From IMG/VR virus record IMGVR_UViG_3300014039_000028, positions 14,387-78,386 of that record: 64,000 bases of DNA. One strand, written 5' to 3'. This DNA is from a virus (Duplodnaviria > Caudoviricetes). The position numbers and the translations under genes are program-made. Below are positions 10,421-19,370 of this stretch, one piece after another; position 1 is the first letter of the stretch; each line of letters starts with the position of its first letter. The notes beneath the pieces are model-generated. The model was not told the origin of the DNA. It was given only the letters and a program-made list of their open reading frames with translations, and made no database searches.

Positions 10421-11101
10421 ATGGCACAATACGACCTCGGTAAAGTATCAATCAGACCACGCGGCGCATATGCCGCAAATACCAACTACGAGTTTCTTGA
10501 CAGTGTGCAGAACCTTGGCGGCTCGTGGCTGGCGCTTGCTGCAAGTAAGGATGTTCAGCCCGGTGTCACCGCAGGGTGGCAAAATTACTGGATGATGATA
10601 ACACGGGGCATCAAAACCATTGTCGGCAGCAGCCCGGCGGATGGTCAGACTAAAATCACAATAACATTCACTGATGGCGCGACTGCCACGTACACCTATA
10701 ATAATGAGGTGCTTGCCAACGGCTCAGTAACCCGCGCAAAGCTGGCAAACGACGCGCTGATCAGCCCAGTAAAGTGGGTATCTGCGAGCCCTTACACGGT
10801 TATTGCTGATGACCTTGAGAAGACGATTGTTTTCGATGCGGCTTTAGCTGCCGTCCAGATAAATATGTCCAATGAACTGATCGCGGCATTGCCGACCGGT
10901 GCGTCATTTGCCTTTATGCAATGGTCATCCGCTGACAGTACCAAGCTGACCATTACGGCCGGCTCAGACTATTACATAGGCAAAGCCGGAGAAAAAAGCG
11001 GGACAAAGGGCGGCAGCGTTGCCACAAGCAAACCACGTGTCATGGTCGTAGCGAAAAAGATGACCACTTCAAGCGTGATGATTTTCGGCGTCACGGATTA
11101 A
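10421..11101 (+). CDS. Minor tail/baseplate upper protein
   Basis: N-terminus DLGKVSIRPRGAY...YEFLDSV typical of gut-phage minor tail proteins. Confidence 0.55.
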   Translation: MAQYDLGKVSIRPRGAYAANTNYEFLDSVQNLGGSWLALAASKDVQPGVTAGWQNYWMMITRGIKTIVGSSPADGQTKITITFTDGATATYTYNNEVLANGSVTRAKLANDALISPVKWVSASPYTVIADDLEKTIVFDAALAAVQINMSNELIAALPTGASFAFMQWSSADSTKLTITAGSDYYIGKAGEKSGTKGGSVATSKPRVMVVAKKMTTSSVMIFGVTD

Positions 11102-11115
11102 AAGGAGGCAGACAT

Positions 11116-12036
11116 ATGGGAATGATACCAGTGGGTATAGGCGTCACAAAGGCTGCCGGAGTCGTCCGCATCAGCTACCCTGCGAACAGTACCTTGGTGG
11201 TCAAGGGAACGTCGAGCGGGAAGCAGTTCGCGAAAGACACCAACACCACCTCAAGAGCCAAGGCCTACATATTCCTTGCGCCGATAGGCGACGCGTCATA
11301 CACTCTGACCGCGACGAACACGGCGGGGAAAACCGTATCCAAGAAAGTCTACGTTGCCAAAGATCAAGTGCAGAGCGTGACGTTAGCCTATTTCTCTGCA
11401 ACAATTAAAGTTACTTACCCTGCTAAGAGTACGTGCGTTATAAAGAACAGTTCCGGAACACAGGTGGCCAGCGATACCAATACCGGAACTGCTGCCAAGA
11501 CTTGGACGGCCACGGTTGATGCGAGCGGGACGTATACCATTACCGCAACTGCTACGGATGGTAGTGGCAAGACCAAGTCTACCACCGTATCCATAACCAC
11601 TAATGGGCAGAACGTGAGTGCGACGCTAGCGTATGATTACATAATCTTTAGTAATGCAACCGGGTTAAACCCCATTTATTCCGATGGAGGCGGCGGCGCA
11701 CCGGTTGAGATAGGTACAGATAGTAGCGGGAAAAAAACTCTAACCTTTACTGCCGATGGATATAGCCGCATGTCATATCTAAAACCCGCAATTGATTTGA
11801 CGAATTATGCTACCTTAAAGATTTCCGGATATGCCGATGGCTCTGACACTTATCTTGCCTTTTGGAGCAAAATCCCGCAGGAATATGATCCGAGCATAGT
11901 TGCAAAAGTCGTTCTGTCCAATGGTAGCTCTCCCTCTTCATATACAATAGATGTTTCAAAGTTGTCAGGGAGCTATTACCTTGGAGCACAATATGCTGGT
12001 TCTTACATTGTCACTTATGATTTAAGGCTTGAATAA
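11116..12036 (+). CDS. Putative receptor-binding/tail fibre protein with two tandem Ig-like repeats
   Basis: Repeat units (I/V)xYPAxST...YT(L/I)TAT...V(S/T)xTLAY, then a distinct C-terminal domain. Confidence 0.55.
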   Translation: MGMIPVGIGVTKAAGVVRISYPANSTLVVKGTSSGKQFAKDTNTTSRAKAYIFLAPIGDASYTLTATNTAGKTVSKKVYVAKDQVQSVTLAYFSATIKVTYPAKSTCVIKNSSGTQVASDTNTGTAAKTWTATVDASGTYTITATATDGSGKTKSTTVSITTNGQNVSATLAYDYIIFSNATGLNPIYSDGGGGAPVEIGTDSSGKKTLTFTADGYSRMSYLKPAIDLTNYATLKISGYADGSDTYLAFWSKIPQEYDPSIVAKVVLSNGSSPSSYTIDVSKLSGSYYLGAQYAGSYIVTYDLRLE

Positions 12037-12349
12037 GGAGGAGAGCAGCATGACGATCTACATAGACGACGATTACAAGTGCTACGTCTCCGCAGCTGAG
12101 GGGCGCAGAGCAATTGAGACAGACGAGTTCGACGGCAAGTGCGCGGAGTGGATAGAAAGCTACCGCCTTGTCCCGGCGGGCAAGACATGGACGCGCGAGG
12201 ACGGCGAGGTATTCAAGGGTGAGATGGTGGCCCCGTGGAAAGATTTGAGCGAAGCATACGTAGCCCAGGCGCATTATGCTACGCAGTTAAATAGGCAGTA
12301 TGAAACTGCTCTATCAGCCATTGAGACCGCATTGGAGGTGGCGACATGA
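12029..12349 (+). CDS. Tail fibre-associated small protein
   Basis: 106 aa, IYIDDDYKC...WIESYRLVP motif. Confidence 0.5.
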   Translation: MNKEESSMTIYIDDDYKCYVSAAEGRRAIETDEFDGKCAEWIESYRLVPAGKTWTREDGEVFKGEMVAPWKDLSEAYVAQAHYATQLNRQYETALSAIETALEVAT

Positions 12350-12483
12350 CCATTGAAGAGAGAGCACAGCGGTGTCTTACCCGCATTGCAGAGATCAAGC
12401 AGGGCGGCAGCTCCGCAGAGATCGAGGACATGAAAGCCGCGCTTGAACTGCTCGGCGTGAAAGATGAGGAGGATGAAACATGA
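12346..12483 (+). CDS. 45-aa hypothetical protein (MTIEERAQRCLTRIAEIK...)
   Basis: Hand-translated; ATGA overlaps with both neighbours; RBS GGAGGTG. Confidence 0.6.
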   Translation: MTIEERAQRCLTRIAEIKQGGSSAEIEDMKAALELLGVKDEEDET

Positions 12484-12938
12484 GCTATCTTAAAGGTGCG
12501 CAGAGAATTCGTCCTATAATAGAAAAAGCTATGATCACCGCCGATGACACAACTGCTCTCGAAGCTCCGCAGCTTTCTAAATATTGGGTTGCCGGTGAAA
12601 AAGTCGAGCCGGGCGATAGACGTTATTACGAGCCTACCGAGCGTCTTTACAAGGTCAAAGAAGGTCAAGGGCATACAACACAAGAAGATTGGACACCAGA
12701 TAAAACTCCTGCAATGTGGGCAGTCGTGTCAAACGGCCAGACCGGTACTATCGATGACCCGATAGATGCGGTTCGCGGCATGGAGTATGAGTACGGACTC
12801 TACTATCGTGACCCGGAGGACGGCAAACTTTATCTCTGCGAACGCGCCGGTGAGCAGCCTGGCACAAAGATCACTTTACAGTACCTGCCGCATGAGCTTA
12901 TCGTGCATTACTTTACGGAGGTAATGACTGATGGATGA
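12480..12938 (+). CDS. Tail protein with carbohydrate-binding CBM5/12-like motif
   Basis: LYKVKEGQGHTTQEDWTPDKTPAMW motif. Confidence 0.55.
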   Translation: MSYLKGAQRIRPIIEKAMITADDTTALEAPQLSKYWVAGEKVEPGDRRYYEPTERLYKVKEGQGHTTQEDWTPDKTPAMWAVVSNGQTGTIDDPIDAVRGMEYEYGLYYRDPEDGKLYLCERAGEQPGTKITLQYLPHELIVHYFTEVMTDG

Positions 12939-12982
12939 CGATGATAAAGCTTATAGCGGGCTTTTAACGGAGGATTAGGAAA

Positions 12983-13699
12983 ATGTCTATAATAGAAAAA
13001 GCCATTGCCCAGATGGAAGCGTGGGCTCAGGACGATTCTCACGGTTATGACCAGGCTAACCGTTGGGGGCCTGACTACGACTGTTCATCTGCGGTCATAC
13101 AGGCTTGGCAGAATGCCGGTGTGCCTGTCAAATCCAAGGGCGCGTCATACACCGGGAATATGTATTCAGTATTCAAAGCTTGTGGTTTTGAAGATGCTAC
13201 AGCATCGGTCGACCTCACGACTGGCGCAGGTTTGCAGCGCGGCGATGTGCTTCTAAATTATGTCCATCACACGGCCATGTATTGCGGAAATGGGCAAATA
13301 GTCCAAGCATCAATAAATGAGTATGGGACTACTACTGGTGGACAAACTGGTGACCAAACAGGCCGAGAATTCTATATTCGTAGCTATTATAATTATCCTT
13401 GGGATGTAGTCCTTAGATATAATGGAAGCTCTGAAAATATAGCCCCATCAAACCCCGAAACGCCTAGGCTGAATCGTAATATCGCAGTATCTTTACCTGA
13501 GATACAAAATGGCGATATAGATGTTTCTGTTGCTATGCTTCAGGCGGCGTTAAAGTATAAGGGCTACAATCCAAGATGGGTCGACGGCGAGTTCGGCGCT
13601 CAGACCGGAGCTGCGCTCAAAGCTTTTCAGTCCGACCATGGCTTGGACGCTGACGCAATCTGCGGAAAAGCGACATGGAGCGAGATAACCAAAGCGTAA
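12983..13699 (+). CDS. Endolysin (NlpC/P60- or CHAP-type peptidase plus peptidoglycan-binding domain)
   Basis: GPDYDCSSAV catalytic Cys, HHTAMY His; C-terminal DGEFGAQT...FQSDHGLDADAICG. Confidence 0.85.
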   Translation: MSIIEKAIAQMEAWAQDDSHGYDQANRWGPDYDCSSAVIQAWQNAGVPVKSKGASYTGNMYSVFKACGFEDATASVDLTTGAGLQRGDVLLNYVHHTAMYCGNGQIVQASINEYGTTTGGQTGDQTGREFYIRSYYNYPWDVVLRYNGSSENIAPSNPETPRLNRNIAVSLPEIQNGDIDVSVAMLQAALKYKGYNPRWVDGEFGAQTGAALKAFQSDHGLDADAICGKATWSEITKA

Positions 13700-13710
13700 A
13701 CATATACAGC

Positions 13711-13747
13711 AAGCCCCCAGAGCGTCCATGCGGCGTTCTGGGGGCTT
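13711..13747. terminator. Terminator between convergent late and recombinase operons
   Basis: AAGCCCCCAGA...TCTGGGGGCTT inverted repeat. Confidence 0.7.
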
Positions 13748-13771
13748 TGCCATATCAATTCATCGCCGCGA

Positions 13772-14728
13772 TCAAACGGCTGCCGTAGGGCTTGCTACGG
13801 CGTTTTCAAGCACATTGCCAATGCTGGCTGCGAGTTTTGCAGGGTGTAGGCGCTGGGCGTATATCGCCGTTACCTTGGTGTCAGCGTGGCCGAGAACGCC
13901 GCTTATATCGTCGACCGCAACACCGGCTTCAAGCGCGGCGGATGCAAAGCCGTGACGCAGAGCATGAGAGCGGCAGGCGCTTTCTTCACCTATAACGGAC
14001 TTGGTATATCCGTTGATAAGCTCGGAGAGCTGGGTACGCTCCAACGGCTTCCACTCCCCTGTTTTGCGGCTGACGCAGCCGAACAGCGGCGCATTGTCAT
14101 CGGCAGAGTCCGGACGTATACCGGAGGCGAGGTAGTTTTTCACAGCAGTCTGAGCCGCAGCAGAGAACGGAACCATGCGGGGCTTATCGCCCTTGGTGAC
14201 GCGGAGCATGATGCAGCCGTTCGTCCAATCAAGGTCAGCCGGGGTAAGGGAACGAAGCTCAGAGTTACGCGCACCGGAGAGGAGCATAAGCGTGACCTCC
14301 GCCTGTTCCCTTGCCCATGTAGCCATTTTCTTGCCGTATACGGGGCGTTCAGCGGAGATAAGGGAATGTATCTGCTCAACGCTCAAAACGTGCTCATACG
14401 GCTTTTTCTTGGCTCTGGTGACCTTTCCCTTGGGCGGCATGGCATCGTCGAACACAAACGCCTCTGTATAGCCATATCTGGCCGCAAACTCGGAGAGCTG
14501 ACGGAGCTGCCCCATGTAGAGACTTGCTGTGGTGATAGCATCATGCGCGATGTCCGAACGGAACTTCATCACTGCGGCGGCGGTCACGTCCGCAAAACCG
14601 TGGCGCTCCATGCTCTCGCGGAAGAGTCGGAACGTCCGGGCATAACCAGTGACCGTCTGCACTGACAGCTCGTTATTGCGCATATTCTCTATGTAGGCCG
14701 CACATGCGGCGTCGTATTTCTCAAACAT
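13772..14728 (-). CDS. Second tyrosine recombinase (XerC/D-like)
   Basis: Complete catalytic set: GARNSE (R), TKG (K), HALRH, LGH, TAIY. Confidence 0.9.
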   Translation of the reverse strand: MFEKYDAACAAYIENMRNNELSVQTVTGYARTFRLFRESMERHGFADVTAAAVMKFRSDIAHDAITTASLYMGQLRQLSEFAARYGYTEAFVFDDAMPPKGKVTRAKKKPYEHVLSVEQIHSLISAERPVYGKKMATWAREQAEVTLMLLSGARNSELRSLTPADLDWTNGCIMLRVTKGDKPRMVPFSAAAQTAVKNYLASGIRPDSADDNAPLFGCVSRKTGEWKPLERTQLSELINGYTKSVIGEESACRSHALRHGFASAALEAGVAVDDISGVLGHADTKVTAIYAQRLHPAKLAASIGNVLENAVASPTAAV

Positions 14729-14753
14729 GGGGCGATGCTCCTTTACTATTTAA

Positions 14754-15068
14754 TCAGTAGTCCTCGTCGTCAAGGTCAATAGGGTCGATTTTGAACGTGT
14801 TGAGAACGTTCACCAGACTGTCCAGCTTTGCTTTCTGGGAGGAGAGCCTTGAGTATTTGTCCTCAACCTCCCACGCCATGCTGCTCTCCTCGTCGAACCT
14901 CTCACCGAGGATATTGAGCAACTGAACAACGATGTGGCAATCGCAGTACAGGAATTTCTTCTTTTCCGCTTCCGTAGCGGTGCATAATGTTATCGGCTCG
15001 ATATACATACGGATGGCATCGAGCAGTCCCTGTGTATTTATCATGTGCTTTGCAACTGTATTTGTCAT
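14754..15068 (-). CDS. Hypothetical protein
   Basis: MTNTVAKH... with RBS AAGGGAG, inside the operon. Confidence 0.55.
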   Translation of the reverse strand: MTNTVAKHMINTQGLLDAIRMYIEPITLCTATEAEKKKFLYCDCHIVVQLLNILGERFDEESSMAWEVEDKYSRLSSQKAKLDSLVNVLNTFKIDPIDLDDEDY

Positions 15069-15090
15069 TGTTGTAAATTCTCCCTTTTCA

Positions 15091-15849
15091 TTACTGCGCG
15101 TTTTTCGCGGATGAGATTTTCTTCGAGAAGTAGTTGCGCCCCTTGAAAGTGACAAGGGTCTGCACGGAGGAATAACCGCTTGTCTCCTTTTCAAATTCCT
15201 TGACGGTGAACAAACCGTTCTGCTCATACTGTGAGTAGGGGCGGAGACGACCTTTCTGGTCACGGTATATGTAGTGGTTTATGCCGAGGAAGTTAATAAG
15301 CGTGGACTGTGACACACCGAGAACCTTTGCAGTGTCGCGGAAAGAGAGGTTATCGCCGCGTTCAACAGCTCTGTCGAAATACTCAACCTTTGGAGCGTCG
15401 AGGGCTATCTTCTCTTTCGCGGCGGCAAGCTGGGCGTTGCGCTCCTTGACCTGCGTTGCAAGCTGGATGATAAAATCCGGGTCTTGCAGTATACGGTCAG
15501 CGGCGTTGCCGGTCATATACACGCCGGTGGTACGGACGGATGGTAGCACTTCGGAAGTGACCCACTTACGGAATGGCTTTGCTTCCGGTTTGTCAGAACG
15601 AAGGATTACATTGTACAGCCCAGACTCGTTGACGATATATGCAAGTTGCTTTCGGCCAAGAGAGTCGATGACCTCGGTCTGACCGACCTCATCCGAATCA
15701 AGGCGATTGACAGTATCTTTGATGTGCGTAATTCCTAATATATCACACACATCCTTGAGGACAAACCACGTCGTACCATTGATGATGACGGTACGCATCT
15801 GCTTCTCGTTATAGTTGAAAAGCTGTAAAGAGTTTTCGCTATTTATCAT
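15091..15849 (-). CDS. BRO-N / KilA-C antirepressor
   Basis: WFVLKDVC...VNESGLYNVILRSDKPEAKPFRKWVTSEVLPS; C-terminal QTLVTFKGR. Confidence 0.88.
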   Translation of the reverse strand: MINSENSLQLFNYNEKQMRTVIINGTTWFVLKDVCDILGITHIKDTVNRLDSDEVGQTEVIDSLGRKQLAYIVNESGLYNVILRSDKPEAKPFRKWVTSEVLPSVRTTGVYMTGNAADRILQDPDFIIQLATQVKERNAQLAAAKEKIALDAPKVEYFDRAVERGDNLSFRDTAKVLGVSQSTLINFLGINHYIYRDQKGRLRPYSQYEQNGLFTVKEFEKETSGYSSVQTLVTFKGRNYFSKKISSAKNAQ

Positions 15850-15872
15850 TCTAATAAATCTCCTTTTGTCGG

Positions 15873-15990
15873 TTGACATGGAGACTTCTCGTGTGGTAGT
15901 ATCAGATTTACCAACGAGGAAATCTCCGAGGGAGAATAAGCAAGTCGCATTACTTTGACGGGTATCGGCTTGCTTATTCGGTTTTCACCG
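15873..15990 (+). ncRNA. Predicted antisense sRNA 1 with promoter, between RHH gene and antirepressor
   Basis: TTGACA-18-TAGTAT, then hairpin AATAAGCAAGTCG...CGGCTTGCTTATT. Confidence 0.5.
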
Positions 15991-16158
15991 ATTTATTTCC
16001 TCGTCTATCTTCTGACGAAACCACTCTGTCTTGCCGATGTTCTTTTCGGCAAGTTTGGCTTCAAACTTTTCTGCACGTTCTTTATCTATAAGAAAAGAAT
16101 ACTGCTGCATAGACTTGCGACGGGCGCGGAAATAATCAGACCTATCTTTTTCCGCCAC
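15985..16158 (-). CDS. Ribbon-helix-helix (Arc-like) regulator
   Basis: RRKSMQQYSFLIDKE...TEWFRQKIDEEI; RBS GGAGGTG before GTG. Confidence 0.6.
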   Translation of the reverse strand: MAEKDRSDYFRARRKSMQQYSFLIDKERAEKFEAKLAEKNIGKTEWFRQKIDEEINR

Positions 16159-16174
16159 ACTTATCACCTCCATG

Positions 16175-16216
16175 TGTGACTGGTCACATTATAGCTGTGA
16201 CCAGTCACAATGTCAA
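16175..16216 (-). promoter_or_regulatory. Promoter with two palindromic operators
   Basis: TTGACA-17-TATAAT overlapped by TGTGACTGGTCACA and TGTGACCAGTCACA. Confidence 0.75.
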
Positions 16217-16236
16217 TAGTTATAAACAAATTATTT

Positions 16237-17001
16237 TTACGCGCTTTCCCATTTGCGCGACGCAAGATGCGCCGCATAACGCTGTACGATGCCCTCAAAC
16301 ACGCCGGTGAGCGACGGGTCTTTGGCTATGACCGTGAGTTTGGAAACGCTCTGACGCTCCTTGTATGTCGCTCCTGCGGCCTTGAGACGCTTGCGGAGAT
16401 TGCTCTGCCGCGTCGTGAGGTTGCACCCCACCTTGCGCTCTAATGCGCTATACAGGTCATCGTACATCACGGGATAGCTCATTCCGTATTCTTCGCACAG
16501 CCCGGAAAGGTACTTCTTCATGTTCTCCTGCCACTCGTCGCGCCCCACGGCGGGGACGGAACAGGCTTCAATGACTTTCTGCTGATTGGCTTCAATCGCG
16601 GCAAGTCTGCGCTCCTGCTCAACGTTTATCTGAGCTTGGAGCTGGAACATTTCTGCGGTGGTCATGGGCTTGGTGATTCTCTCGCGCATTTTCTCGAACG
16701 CGCTGACGTACATTGCGGTAAAGATAACGCCCTTTTCACCGGTCATCTTATTTGCCACCATATCACAGCCTTTTTTCGTCAGCAGATAGCACGGACGCTC
16801 TTTATCTTGGGAGTCTATGTAAGTACTGGGGATGAAAAAGTCAGCCAATCCAATTTTGGATTCGCTTGATTTATCAAGAATATCGCAGTAATTCTTGATG
16901 TCGCGCATCAGATGCGCGTGCTGTTTGCCGACAGCTTCGGCAACTTCTCTGCTGTCTATGACCTCAACACCGCTGCGGTCGATAATGGTCAATTCATTCA
17001 C
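16237..17001 (-). CDS. Rha family regulator/antirepressor
   Basis: IDSREVAE...HAHLMRDI...CYLLTKKGCDMVANKMTGEKG. Confidence 0.88.
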   Translation of the reverse strand: MNELTIIDRSGVEVIDSREVAEAVGKQHAHLMRDIKNYCDILDKSSESKIGLADFFIPSTYIDSQDKERPCYLLTKKGCDMVANKMTGEKGVIFTAMYVSAFEKMRERITKPMTTAEMFQLQAQINVEQERRLAAIEANQQKVIEACSVPAVGRDEWQENMKKYLSGLCEEYGMSYPVMYDDLYSALERKVGCNLTTRQSNLRKRLKAAGATYKERQSVSKLTVIAKDPSLTGVFEGIVQRYAAHLASRKWESA

Positions 17002-17029
17002 TATTCTATCCTCCTGCGTAAAATACTGT

Positions 17030-17135
17030 TTGACAGGAGTTCCGCTAAATGATAGAATAATTTCACAAGCGGAGAACTCCGTTAGTGGAATAAGCAGGTC
17101 GTTTTCATTGGAAGTGGGGCGACTTGCTTATTTTT
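17030..17135 (+). ncRNA. Predicted antisense sRNA 2 with promoter, between RHH gene and Rha
   Basis: TTGACA-17-TAGAAT, then hairpin AATAAGCAGGTCG...CGACTTGCTTATT and a T-run. Confidence 0.55.
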
Positions 17136-17304
17136 CAACAAAAGCCTCTAACATTTTTATGCCATCTCTTATCCCTTCCGTTCGTTTGAGATTGCGTTCT
17201 TCACAATATTTGTCAAGGACTTCGAGCTCGTGATTGTCGAGGCGAACATGAATAGGATTTGATTTTGGATTCTCTGCTGGAGGTCTACCCGTTTTAGGGG
17301 ACAT
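17128..17304 (-). CDS. Ribbon-helix-helix (CopG/Arc-like) regulator
   Basis: KTGRPPAENPK...IHVRLD...RTEGIRDGI; upstream promoter with TTGTAGCCC repeats. Confidence 0.7.
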   Translation of the reverse strand: MSPKTGRPPAENPKSNPIHVRLDNHELEVLDKYCEERNLKRTEGIRDGIKMLEAFVEK

Positions 17305-17420
17305 AGTTTTCACCTGCCTTTTTGTAGCCCCACAAGTATATTACTACTTGTAGCCCAAAATGTCAATAGCTATTATATGATAATTTTTACGCCCCGTGAA
17401 AACGGGGCGTTTGAGCCTAA

Positions 17421-18251
17421 TCAAAGGAATCTTCCTTTAAGTTCTGCATTGTAAGCGTCCATAGCATCGCAGAATTTTACTGTCCACAGTTCTACCGATA
17501 GTTCATCAACGTTGACATTATAGGTGGCTTCCATCTTCAAATCGTCGTGCATTACTTCTGCCCCGAAAAGATTGCTCGTACTAAAAGTGATAGTCACATT
17601 GCAGTAGTAAACCTCCCTGTCGGCCAGCTCCTTTCTCGACAAAGAATCTGACGTTATCGAATAACGATGGTACGACTGCGGGCTCATAATGTATTTGTCT
17701 TTCAGCGTCTCCTCAACATCGAACATTGACGAAAAAGCAGCATAATACATTAAGCACGTCTGTTTTTGCTCACGTGTCATGAGAGGGCTGTACTCAACAA
17801 TCTCGGCGTATATGTCGTCCAAGTCAGAAGAGTCTACCGTACTTTGCGTAGAAATACTCTCTACAACCGCCGCCGCTTTCAGTGTTCCCACTTGTTCAAC
17901 AGCTTCCAGGAGCATGTCAGTATTCGCGATACGATTCCGCACATCATCTGTGGCACTTTCATACTGCGCGTAAACATCCATGATAAGGTCATATTCGTCA
18001 GCGGTATAGTCAGTACACACAGCGACTATCGACGCATCAAGCGTACTTGCCTCCTTTGCCAGCTTTATTCTCGGCACAAACACGATTGCAAATGCTACGA
18101 TCAGAAGCGTAACGGCTCCTCCAATGATGCACCAAGTTTTCACTTTCTTTTTCGGTTTGCTCGCATCTTTGTTCAGTTCGTCCAGCACGTTGTCAGGTTG
18201 AAGCTTCGTGTCTACCCCCGCTTCGCGATTGTCTGCAGAACATTCTTTCAT
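17421..18251 (-). CDS. Membrane-anchored hypothetical protein (moron)
   Basis: One TM segment (WCIIGGAVTLLIVAFAIVFV) after a Lys cluster; acidic external domain. Confidence 0.6.
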   Translation of the reverse strand: MKECSADNREAGVDTKLQPDNVLDELNKDASKPKKKVKTWCIIGGAVTLLIVAFAIVFVPRIKLAKEASTLDASIVAVCTDYTADEYDLIMDVYAQYESATDDVRNRIANTDMLLEAVEQVGTLKAAAVVESISTQSTVDSSDLDDIYAEIVEYSPLMTREQKQTCLMYYAAFSSMFDVEETLKDKYIMSPQSYHRYSITSDSLSRKELADREVYYCNVTITFSTSNLFGAEVMHDDLKMEATYNVNVDELSVELWTVKFCDAMDAYNAELKGRFL

Positions 18252-18382
18252 CTCATTTACCTCCCATATTTATTTTCGGTTAGGATGTTTATAGTGTATC
18301 ATAGCAGTGTGAGCAATTCAAGGGTGAAAGAAAATAGCAGGGGGGATACGTTTGCGTCGTTCCCTTCCGCTTAGTATGGCAG

Positions 18383-18411
18383 TTGACAGGCGCGGAGATA
18401 ATAAGTATAAT
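18383..18411 (+). promoter_or_regulatory. Sigma-A promoter of the TA operon
   Basis: TTGACA-17-TATAAT. Confidence 0.75.
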
Positions 18412-18441
18412 AAAAACGGCAGAACGTAAGGAGGTGGAACC

Positions 18442-18930
18442 ATGGATAAAATTACAAATGTTGCCGACTATATCATTAAACGTTACCGCGAGTTGACGGG
18501 TGAGTATCTGGACGAAATGAAGCTCCATAAGCTTCTGTATTTCACTCAAAGGGAGGCATTTGCAATTTTAGGCGAGCCTGCTTTTGACGGTGAATTTGAA
18601 GGGTGGAAATATGGCCCCGTTTCGCGCGACGTGCGAAATAGCTTTATGAATGGCGAGATCATAGTTCCTACGCAGCCAATTTCCGATAGCGTACAATACA
18701 TTGCCAGCAATGTAATAATGGAGTATGGCTCGTTAGCTTCATGGAAACTAAGCGAGCTATCTCACAGAGAGATTTCATGGAACAATGCCCGAAAAGGACT
18801 TGCGCCGAGTGAAAACGGGAACCGCGTTATTGACCTTAATGACATTAAGGAAGATGCGAAAAAGGTTCGCCCGTATGACCATCTGTGGGATATGTACTAT
18901 GATGAATTTGATGATGCCGATGCCTTATGA
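18442..18930 (+). CDS. Panacea (SocA/DUF4065) antitoxin
   Basis: VADYII...MKLHKLLYF...FEGWKYGPV signature. Confidence 0.85.
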   Translation: MDKITNVADYIIKRYRELTGEYLDEMKLHKLLYFTQREAFAILGEPAFDGEFEGWKYGPVSRDVRNSFMNGEIIVPTQPISDSVQYIASNVIMEYGSLASWKLSELSHREISWNNARKGLAPSENGNRVIDLNDIKEDAKKVRPYDHLWDMYYDEFDDADAL

Positions 18931-19298
18931 TAGGGAAAATATATAAGGCATGGACATCATTTTACGATCAGACAACGCGCCGAATGTCATACAAGGCACG
19001 ACCGGCATTAGTTTTAGCAAAAGCCGATGCCGACGATTATGTCATTTTGCCGGTTTCCTCTATCTCAATCAAAACCAATATTGATCCGATATATGACATA
19101 GAGATCGACCCTGTCCTATATCCGAAACTTAATTTAACAAGAACTTCATACGTCCGGACTCATAAGCAAACCATAGTACATCGTGCAAGTTTACGCGATG
19201 TAATCGGAGATATGAAATCAGACTATGAAGAGTTGTATCTTGAAATACTCGAAAAGCGCGAAGCATTCAGCAGTTCCATAACGCAACAAGCTCTTTAA
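18927..19298 (+). CDS. Putative PemK/MazF-like toxin paired with Panacea
   Basis: KARPALVL...VILPVSS; ATGA overlap with the antitoxin. Confidence 0.6.
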   Translation: MIGKIYKAWTSFYDQTTRRMSYKARPALVLAKADADDYVILPVSSISIKTNIDPIYDIEIDPVLYPKLNLTRTSYVRTHKQTIVHRASLRDVIGDMKSDYEELYLEILEKREAFSSSITQQAL

Positions 19299-19370
19299 GC
19301 AAGAAAATAGCAGGGCAAATAGCCCAGCCTTTGTTCTATTCCCTTTGTCGCGTTTCCTTTGTTTTAGTTG

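Noticed and set aside
11116-12036. Diversity-generating retroelement target
   Set aside because: No reverse transcriptase and no adenine-mismatched TR/VR pair found in the window
13772-14728. Tail-fibre shufflon driven by the second recombinase
   Set aside because: No inverted silent cassettes or repeated crossover sites seen in 10.4-13.7 kb
18290-18320. Fourth compressed motif (TTGCTC-N7-TATGAT, minus strand)
   Set aside because: Lacks the conserved GCGC and CC flanks and has a poor -35-like hexamer; may be chance
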